Shown here one piece after another: positions 53,235-64,000 of a DNA stretch of 64,000 nucleotides. Both the position numbers and the translations under genes were made by a program. Origin of the DNA: the human T2T-CHM13v2.0 reference genome, Homo sapiens. Where the stretch lies: assembly GCF_009914755.1 (NCBI RefSeq), contig NC_060927.1. One strand, given 5' to 3'. The notes under the pieces are model-generated. The model saw nothing but the letters and a program-made list of their open reading frames with translations. It was not told the origin of the DNA and searched no databases. Numbering within the stretch: position 1 is the first letter of the stretch; each line of letters begins with the position of its first letter.

Positions 53235-54231
53235 TGTATGTAAATGGCCAGAAGTCTTAGCCCAATTATTATGTAAGAACCTCATTAATTCCTACAAGGG
53301 ACATTACTTCTCTTGCAATCACTAATGAGATCACTTTATTAGATTATGGTTGCAGTTAGTTAGTTGAATTCTTATTGCATTAGGTCTTTGCCATGTAGGG
53401 TGGCAATGACGTTTTGGTGGCTGGCATAGCCCTTGATGCCATCTAAAGCGATGACATGAGACACAGCCAAGCAGGGCCAGGAGATTTGACCATGAACTAC
53501 TACCCTGGGATTGAACTAACGAAAGTCAACGGATTTAGGTGTGCTGCACTTTCTTCCTCATCTTCTTTGGGTCCTGACTCTCAGGGGAATAAATTGCCAG
53601 TAGACCAATCAGACGGTGAGTTAGCTGAGATTCCCAGTGTCTTGTTTCTCAAGGTATATATGGAAACTGACTTGTGATGTTAAAGTAAAACATTACCCTG
53701 ATACACTAAATATTCCAAAAGTCTTAATATGTTTTCAGCTGATAAAACAGGAACTGCTTGAAAAATTATTTTAAAATTTCAGTTTGTACTAAGAAGGAGG
53801 TATCCTTCTTAGTGTCATGTCTCAAGTTGAGAGAAGACTTAGCCTAAATAATTTATGGGTGAGGAAAAACTCCATTAATTTAATATATATTTTGTTGGTG
53901 TTTGGTGAGTGGCAAATATGCTAGACCTTGAGCATTTAGAGTTCAGTAGGATACAATTCTTACTTTCAACTACCTTGCCTTCTATTGAGGACACAAACAG
54001 TTATAATGTAATAAATAAATGTAATGTAATAAAATAAATATTCCTAGATCAAGGCCTAGTGCTGTGTGAGTACCCAAGAAGCTCCAAAGATGCAAAAACT
54101 ATAAATAAGAGTAAGATCAAGAAAAGCTTCTCAGAGAAGGGGTCCCACAGCTGGGATGAGTAAGAGTTAATTCAACAAAAGGTGGAGAACATTTTTCATT
54201 TCTGAATTCTGACTAATTCTGCCTTTCCTAC

Positions 54232-54654
<423 letters not shown>

Positions 54655-54789
54655 CCTGCTCATAATTGTAAAAGCCTTTAAGAGCTTTTATTTAAAGATT
54701 TTAAGGGACTCTCTTAAAGAGAGAAACATATTTTATCCCACATGGAAACTTTTATCCTATCAAACATAGTTACAATCTATTCTTATTTT

Positions 54790-55046
54790 TTGTAGTAGTT
54801 TAGTTTTATGAAGGTGTTGCAAAAATGGTATTGGTGGATATGAATCATCTCATCGCTCCTAAGAGAAATATAGGATTGGGTTCCTATGCACCTCTGGTCA
54901 CATACATTTCATCAACAGAATAATATATCACTTCGTTTGTTGTGTGTTTCTGTTAAGAGACATTTTATTTAATATATACCGTTGACTCATTAACATCAGA
55001 CTCGTGGCCAATTAGCCTTATAACTCATGCCTGAATAAAGTTTCTC

Positions 55047-55080
<34 letters not shown>

Positions 55081-55441
55081 TTTCTCCATAAGGCATGGAA
55101 CGACCTTCTCTCACTTAGGGACACTAGATAGCACTTCCGCACTGCCCTTGAGGGTCTTTTAAATAACAAAATCACCAATGAAAAGCACAAAAATGTAAAA
55201 CACGTGGCGCTAAATAGACCATGAAAAGAACGTGGGTTTACGGTATAAGAGCTACAAGATGACAGAGCATCTCCTTGTTCGAACCAGCTGGGAATGCACA
55301 CAGGTGACTCAAATTTTTCATCACTCTGCCCGGGTCTGAAAGACCACAAAAGGGCCAAGAGTGTTGATTTTCATGTTACAAATAAACGTTAGCAAATAAA
55401 CAAATTGCAATTACGGAATCCTCAAATAATGAGGATTGACC
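54790..55441 (-). mobile_element. MER82-like Tigger element with internal (AC)n (55049-55077), ending about 60 nt upstream of exon 10
   Basis: ccttgttcgaaccagctgggaa, gtgactcaaatttttc, aataatgaggattgac. Confidence 0.75.
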
Positions 55442-55502
55442 ACACTTCTAACAGTTCTACAGCTTTTCATGTTTCCTTCTTTCCTTCTGCTCACTTCCAT
55501 AG

Positions 55503-55640
<138 letters not shown>

Positions 55641-56717
55641 TGAGTGTATCAACGTGTCATTTTAGGAGGCATGAGTGACAGTGACTTTATTTGGATCAGC
55701 AATAGGGTGATTGATGAGCAATGTGGAACATAATGGGAGATAGCAGATTGTCATAGATTCAGATGACCTGGTATGGCAACCCTCTTTCAGTTGCAACCTT
55801 TTTTACGTGTCTTATTATAACCTTCCCTTCAGAATTCCACTTATGTTCTGAAATTAAATACAAACCATTTCTGGTGAATTACAAAGAAACTCACACTAAC
55901 AGTTCTCTTCTCTATATGCCTGGTCCATACACACTAACAGTAAGTACACACTCTATTTGGTAGTGATGTGTATATTTGAAAACATGAAATCTTTTCTCAT
56001 CCCAATGGATTGTCTTATAAATCTCCTGGGATGCACACTATCCACTTTTGGGAATAACACTGTAGACCAGGGATAGCAAATAGGCTTTACTATAATATAA
56101 AGTGACTTGTTTGAATGCTGTAATGAGAAGAATTCTGAGACCTAGTGCATGATAATTGGGGAAATATCTGGGTGCAGAAGGATAAGGTAGCATCATGTTG
56201 CCGTATTTTAGCATCTCTGCTCTAGATTGTCTTCCAGCAGTACATTTTTGGCATAAATCAAGCCAGATTTTTCAAGTATATTACCATATACATATAACCT
56301 ATTTATATGTTAAGCTTTGCCTTGAATCTTGGATCTTTCCTAAAGTGATTTTATGACTGACTAGAATAGAATAGCTCTTATGAAAGGATGAGAGGTTGAC
56401 CAATCAGGACCTTGTTTATATTTACCTTTCTGTGGTTAAAAATAATCACTTGTTAGTTTAATTAAAATATGATATGTGTCCTGGAAGTATTGTCAGAGAC
56501 TCTGTAGATAAGTGTAAAATATATACATTATGAGTCCACTTGAGTAATGTAGACTTTCAACTTCATACTTTAGGCAAAAAAGAAGTCAAAAACTATCTTC
56601 CAGAGGCAAAGATTATATTTTACAATAGAAATGCAAATGAACAATAAAAATGGTTATTTTCTATGTTATTAGCTGTTGTAGGGAGTCAGCTGTGGAAAGT
56701 GTAATAAAGAGGGCTTA

Positions 56718-57014
<297 letters not shown>

Positions 57015-57675
57015 TTGTTATTATGTTTTAATCAATATGAATGTATCTCTGATAGTGAAGAAACACTTTCTGAGCACCTGTTATCTACAGAGTGGAGTAG
57101 ACGGCAGGGAGAAAAGAGGCACATTCTCTGTTCAAAGGACTCTAAGCTATTTGAGCATCCAAGATCCTTTTTGGCCCGAAGGGATCTCACCATTTACTTT
57201 TAGCATAAAAGTTTTGCAAATTTTAATGGTATGGTTTTATTTGTAAGCCTGAGCAGAAAGTTTAATCACACAGTGTATTCTGAAGGAGAATTAGAACTCA
57301 GAGTTGCAGACACAATTTCCATTGCTAATCATATGGATGTTTTGGGATATCAGATGGAAATATATACTAACATATTTAAGTGGAAAATGATTTAGTTCTT
57401 ATAAAACCATACAACCAGGATCAAAGAAACAGAGACCTGTAACATCATTTATAGACCCAGGAGGGATATCTACCTTTCCTAAGATATGTGTGTCATGGTA
57501 TTAAGAAACACCCTCAAATTTCCTCCTGTTCACTCTGAAAGTTTGACTATACCAAAATGACCTCCAAAACATCACTAAGTAATATATCATGCTGAACTAG
57601 TTGCTCTTCAGTACTCTTTCCTGTCTTTTTTTTTTTTTTTTTTTCAGTTAATAAGAAAAGGTCTCATATGTAGTA

Positions 57676-58310
<635 letters not shown>

Positions 58311-60524
58311 TCTTATAGATAAATGCGTGGATCTCCTTTCATTGCTTCTTGAGGCTCCAATTTTGTTTGATAGGTGTACTTGGAAGTTAATATGTATATT
58401 CCAAGCTAGAAAGTTATTAAAAGATTTTAGGAAATCCTAAAGTGGTTTTTCAGGTGGCATTTCAGTATCTAATAAAAACAACACCAGCCTTGAACAGATA
58501 TCTTTTTTGTCTGAGAAAGTGAGGCATGCCCATCCAGATATAAAATGTAGTTAACGACACAACCTCATTGTCAGATGAGGCTGGAATAGTTGACTTGATT
58601 CACGTCACATATTCTTATTGAAGATGTGCTATGTGAAAGCATTAAGGATAGAGGTGAGAAAGATGTAGCTCCTGCCTTCCCATGGTCTACAATTTAATGG
58701 TGAATTTCTAACCTTAACACTCTGAGTTTGAAGAAAGCTCTGGAAATTTATCCTCAGCATTGTGCAAGTTAATAGGACAATTTTAAACAGTTTCCATGGA
58801 TCATATGAGAAAAAGAATAGTTTCATGTCATTGTTTTAGAAACTTGACAAGCCAGGAGGATTGACATCATTCAGTTCAGGGGCATATGCTAAATGTATTT
58901 GTTTTTATGGCATACATGAAAATACATAACCCTCTTTTTCTATACGATGAGTATCCAGTGCTTATTGTCTGACCGGCTCACATTGCTCTAAAGGGAATTT
59001 TTTATTCATATTTCATAAAATAATCTGTGTCCCCAGAGAAGAAAACACATGTTAATATTGTGTTATTTTTAAAAGCACACAAGATTTTAGGGACATATTT
59101 ACACTTTTTTGCATGTGTGGCCACAGATAGATAGTAAAGAACTAGTAGCTTCATAGTTCCCTGGTGTGTTCATTTAACTGTATTATATGCATGCTTTTGA
59201 GTTGGTATCTCACAGCTGTGATAACTTGTGCATGGAAATCTAACAGACTGCAAAATTAAATCTTTGCAAAATATAGACATTTGGTCTAATTATGTCTTTG
59301 TAACATTATATATACATGGGTCTCCAGTGATTGATATGCATCTATATAAATCCTTCAGTTGAATTCTTCAGCTGAGTTTTTTTAGCTCTTATTTTCATGC
59401 AAATCTCCAAGAAAGAGCATGAATGACTAAACAAAGAAAAACAAAAATCTAATTTCCTGGCAATCATTTGAAAAGAATAAATCAGCTTGGAAAATACCTA
59501 TAATAGCCTGTGATTTTCTTTCCAAAAAGATAGTACCAATTTTATGCTGGTAAGGAATCAATTTTGTATTTTTCTTTATAGTAGAGGGAAAATTAGTGGG
59601 AAGAGAACGTACTTTCTGTAAGGTGGCACTACAATATTTTTACTTTAATTACTTCTATTAGGTTCCCACTATGTGTTTTCTTCTGCCTGCTTTTCATTTG
59701 TGCATGGTTTTTCTTTTTAAAAAAATTTCTTCGCGTTTACCTTCATGATCATAGGCTTTATCGAAGATAGACTTTACAGAGCTGCTGTGAATCAAATTGT
59801 TATAGATACAAGTAGGCTTTATATTACGAAGAAATGTGATTTTAGTTGATTTGCTTACATTGGAATAAATATAGAGAGTTATGTTTCTAGATGCCAGAAT
59901 CTAATAGAAAGACAAATCGGACCCTATCTTTAGACTTCTTGCCATCCTATTATCAAGGGACATCAACGCTTAAGACAGCTTTGCAGAAGCCTCTTGAGAC
60001 CTATTTAGCAACGTTTTGACTTCTGTACTTCAGATCAGTACTATTTCTTTTTTCATTTGTTAATTGTTTTCCCTTATTCTTGGCTTCCAACATAAAAGCG
60101 AGGCTGACATCACTTTGTTACAGTCTCGCTTAGGCTAGCTCTTACTTTCCTCTGGAAATTTATTTTTGAGCTTCTACAGGATGAATTTTATTTAAATGAT
60201 AAAACAGATCTGTGACATCCTGATGAGCCCTTAGTGTTTCCTTCTCTTTTATGATTACTTGACAATTGTGGCTCATTAGTAACACAAGTCAGAGATTATT
60301 AGAACAAAGCAGGATCTCCAAGTCCATGGTTCCAGCCCCTCACACCATAGCCGGATAAACTGAGGCTCTGTGAATTTATAGCCAGTTTATAATAAAGCTA
60401 AGACTAGAATCAGATTTAGAACATAGAGCTCTTTGTAATGTTGTGTTCTGCTACATTGGCAGTTAAGTAAGTAGTTAATTATAAAATTTAAACATCTATT
60501 TCCATTTTTCTGTCTCTTTTTTGT

Positions 60525-60651
60525 AGGATTGTTTTAGAGATGGGGTCTAGCTATTTTGCCCAGGCTGGACTTGGACTTCTGGGCTCAAGCGATCCCCTGC
60601 CTCAGCCTCCCGAGTAGCTGTGGACCACAGGCACACCCCACTGTGCCTGGC
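60525..60651 (-). mobile_element. Alu monomer (FLAM-like)
   Basis: Single arm: agagatggggtct...ctcaagcgatcc...ccactgtgcctggc. Confidence 0.85.
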
Positions 60652-60965
60652 ACGTTTTTCTGACTCTGTTGTTAGTTACTTGGTATTTATTCTTGTAGGT
60701 TCACTTTAAAGTCCTGTATCTTTAAACTTGTTTGGCGATGGTTATCATCAAGAATATTGATATTTTTTTCTCAGATTCATGTATCTGAGGGAGAAGCAGG
60801 CAGTATTTTCAGTATTATCAATGTAGAAAAGAGAAAGGTACACGGTCTCCAAACTGATAGAAAATGTCAACACCGTATTTCTAGGTTAGACAGAGAAATC
60901 CTCCACGTTTCCAGAATATCTGAAATTGCCAGCTTTATAGGTTAAAAAGAGATGAATATTGATAA

Positions 60966-61375
<410 letters not shown>

Positions 61376-62141
61376 TGAATTTCATAGTTATGAAGTTTTC
61401 AGGGCAGAGATTTATTATCTCTGAATTGGTAATGAAGAAAAAACTCAATGATTAATTAAACTCAGATAGATTAAATTACTTTTGTGACTTCTCTCACCTC
61501 ATTGCAGAATCAGGCTCAGTCCTAGGTCTTAGAGGTCTTTAGTTAGCTGTACATTGCTTCCCCATCCATTTTTATTCGGGCATATTCTGTTAAGATGATA
61601 TCAATTCTTGCCGGTGACATGGTTTACTGAATCCTAGCATTAAGCAAATAAAAATGACTTTGTTCCTTTGAAAGGCATAGCCAAATGTGATTCAAGAAGC
61701 CAATCTGGGAAACAATTTCCAAACAGTTCATGAGATTGCCCAACTTTCAGCAAAATAAAAGGGTTTATTTCTGGCATCCTCGTGGTGTAAATAATTTCTT
61801 AATTATGCAAAAAATTGCTTTCTTGGGTTTGATATATGCATTTATAGGCCGAGTTTTTTACTCAAAGGATTAAGGTATTTATCCATCTCAATCTGGGAAT
61901 ATCCAAAATACTCATTAAACAGTTCTTTGTAAATGCCTGATGCCACAGGCCCCATTCTGATAATATCATATTTCTCTATACCTCACACTTAGGCTAGACA
62001 AGAACTGTAATGAGGGATAATAATTGACCAGATGACATTTTACAAAAGATTCAAGTTTCTTCTTCTTCATTCCTTTTTTTTAATTGAGTCCAGTAAACCG
62101 TATGCGAAGCACTGTGTTAAATACCTTGATCTACCTTATCT

Positions 62142-62285
62142 CAGTGGTCCTCGACTGAATCGCCTTGTGTAACTTATTAAAAATATGTTTTCCTGGATGC
62201 CAGCTTGTGTTGGAAGGGAGCCAGGAAAATGCATTTTTATAAGTTTCACAAGTGATTCTGATGTTTATTTCTGGTTAACTACTAT
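62142..62285. mobile_element. MER5A-like hAT relic
   Basis: cagtggtcctc...gcatttttataagtttcacaagtgattctgatg. Confidence 0.55.
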
Positions 62286-62498
62286 AGCCTTATCCCATTT
62301 CTTCCTCATAAAAATCTTGAGAAGTCTCAGTAATTGTAAAAGAAGATAAATTGGAAGAACAAAAATAGCTTTTCAGGCACTCTATTCTGTCTATACTATG
62401 ATCATGAAGGTATAAGGAGTGTGTTTCTGAATTCAATTGATTTGAATAGATGAAGTCCTAGGCCTTCATTTTTTCTTTTCTCTGGTTCCTCTCTGCAG

Positions 62499-62613
62499 TC
62501 TCCTTTCAGCCTGCTTCAGGAATGAGCTTGTGGAGCCCCGGAGAGAAACTCCAAAACAATCTGACGTCTTCTTTAGACATTCCAAGCCCCCAAACCGATC
62601 AGTGTACCCATAG
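62499..62613 (+). CDS. TP63: TP63 gamma-specific terminal exon, coding part: (H)LLSACFRNELVEPRRETPKQSDVFFRHSKPPNRSVYP*
   Basis: Acceptor ctctgcag|TC. Exon 10 CA + T gives His; frame open to TAG at 62611-62613. Matches the recalled p63gamma C-terminus. Confidence 0.98.
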
Positions 62614-62634
62614 AGCCCTATCTCTATATTTTAA

Positions 62635-62697
62635 GTGTGTGTGTTGTATTTCCATGTGTATATGTGAGTGTGTGTGTGTGTATGTGTGTGCGTGTGT
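62635..62697 (+). repeat. Interrupted (TG)n tract just after the gamma stop codon
   Basis: gtgtgtgtgttgt...gtgtgtgtgtgtatgtgtgtgcgtgtgt. Confidence 0.9.
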
Positions 62698-63907
62698 ATC
62701 TAGCCCTCATAAACAGGACTTGAAGACACTTTGGCTCAGAGACCCAACTGCTCAAAGGCACAAAGCCACTAGTGAGAGAATCTTTTGAAGGGACTCAAAC
62801 CTTTACAAGAAAGGATGTTTTCTGCAGATTTTGTATCCTTAGACCGGCCATTGGTGGGTGAGGAACCACTGTGTTTGTCTGTGAGCTTTCTGTTGTTTCC
62901 TGGGAGGGAGGGGTCAGGTGGGGAAAGGGGCATTAAGATGTTTATTGGAACCCTTTTCTGTCTTCTTCTGTTGTTTTTCTAAAATTCACAGGGAAGCTTT
63001 TGAGCAGGTCTCAAACTTAAGATGTCTTTTTAAGAAAAGGAGAAAAAAGTTGTTATTGTCTGTGCATAAGTAAGTTGTAGGTGACTGAGAGACTCAGTCA
63101 GACCCTTTTAATGCTGGTCATGTAATAATATTGCAAGTAGTAAGAAACGAAGGTGTCAAGTGTACTGCTGGGCAGCGAGGTGATCATTACCAAAAGTAAT
63201 CAACTTTGTGGGTGGAGAGTTCTTTGTGAGAACTTGCATTATTTGTGTCCTCCCCTCATGTGTAGGTAGAACATTTCTTAATGCTGTGTACCTGCCTCTG
63301 CCACTGTATGTTGGCATCTGTTATGCTAAAGTTTTTCTTGTACATGAAACCCTGGAAGACCTACTACAAAAAAACTGTTGTTTGGCCCCCATAGCAGGTG
63401 AACTCATTTTGTGCTTTTAATAGAAAGACAAATCCACCCCAGTAATATTGCCCTTACGTAGTTGTTTACCATTATTCAAAGCTCAAAATAGAATTTGAAG
63501 CCCTCTCACAAAATCTGTGATTAATTTGCTTAATTAGAGCTTCTATCCCTCAAGCCTACCTACCATAAAACCAGCCATATTACTGATACTGTTCAGTGCA
63601 TTTAGCCAGGAGACTTACGTTTTGAGTAAGTGAGATCCAAGCAGACGTGTTAAAATCAGCACTCCTGGACTGGAAATTAAAGATTGAAAGGGTAGACTAC
63701 TTTTCTTTTTTTTACTCAAAAGTTTAGAGAATCTCTGTTTCTTTCCATTTTAAAAACATATTTTAAGATAATAGCATAAAGACTTTAAAAATGTTCCTCC
63801 CCTCCATCTTCCCACACCCAGTCACCAGCACTGTATTTTCTGTCACCAAGACAATGATTTCTTGTTATTGAGGCTGTTGCTTTTGTGGATGTGTGATTTT
63901 AATTTTC

Positions 63908-63913
63908 AATAAA
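63908..63913 (+). terminator. Poly(A) signal AATAAA of the gamma isoform
   Basis: AATAAA followed about 25-45 nt later by a U/GU-rich element (gttttttttgtttctgtctctct-like). A weaker ATTAAA lies at 63676-63681. Confidence 0.85.
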
Positions 63914-64000
63914 CTTTTGCATCTTGGTTTATCTTGCAGTTTTTTTGTTTCTGTCTCTCTCACTTTTTTCCCACTAAATACTAGAATATTCTCATGTAAG

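Larger units (their letters stand above)
62614..63935 (+). other. TP63: 3' UTR of p63gamma mRNA (3' end approximate)
   Basis: Lies between the gamma stop codon and AATAAA at 63908; no interspersed repeat recognised. Confidence 0.85.

Noticed and set aside
62522-62788. 88-aa alternative-frame ORF starting inside the gamma exon
   Set aside because: Internal ATG in a terminal exon; much of the product is (TG)n-encoded low-complexity sequence.
62614-63935. miR-944 self-target site in the gamma 3' UTR
   Set aside because: I did not see the seed match AATAATT on reading the UTR by eye; a string search would confirm.

Overview
Primate genomic DNA, almost certainly human, from the middle of TP63 (p63) on the + strand. 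The first ~46.9 kb is the 3' part of the long intron 4. It holds the MIR944 hairpin (12577-12664) and a p63/AP-2 motif cluster near 16.7-16.9 kb that fits the described autoregulatory 'C40' enhancer. Coding exons 5-10 follow (DNA-binding and oligomerisation domains), then the gamma-specific terminal exon with its 3' UTR and poly(A) signal (62499-~63935). All seven exons have GT-AG boundaries and join into one open frame. The rest is intronic sequence with about 23 Alus, L1/L2/MIR relics, LTRs and DNA-transposon MITEs. Almost all entries in the supplied ORF track are artefacts of Alus, microsatellites or antisense exons. I find no evidence of a wholly new biological system. The best leads are splice-level features (AG|GT sites at exons 6 and 10, a candidate 29-nt poison microexon, a NAGNAG acceptor), a G-quadruplex and UG tract in the gamma UTR, further p63-site clusters, a very young AluYe, and local duplications. 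Repeat names and literature links are from recall; repeat boundaries are approximate.
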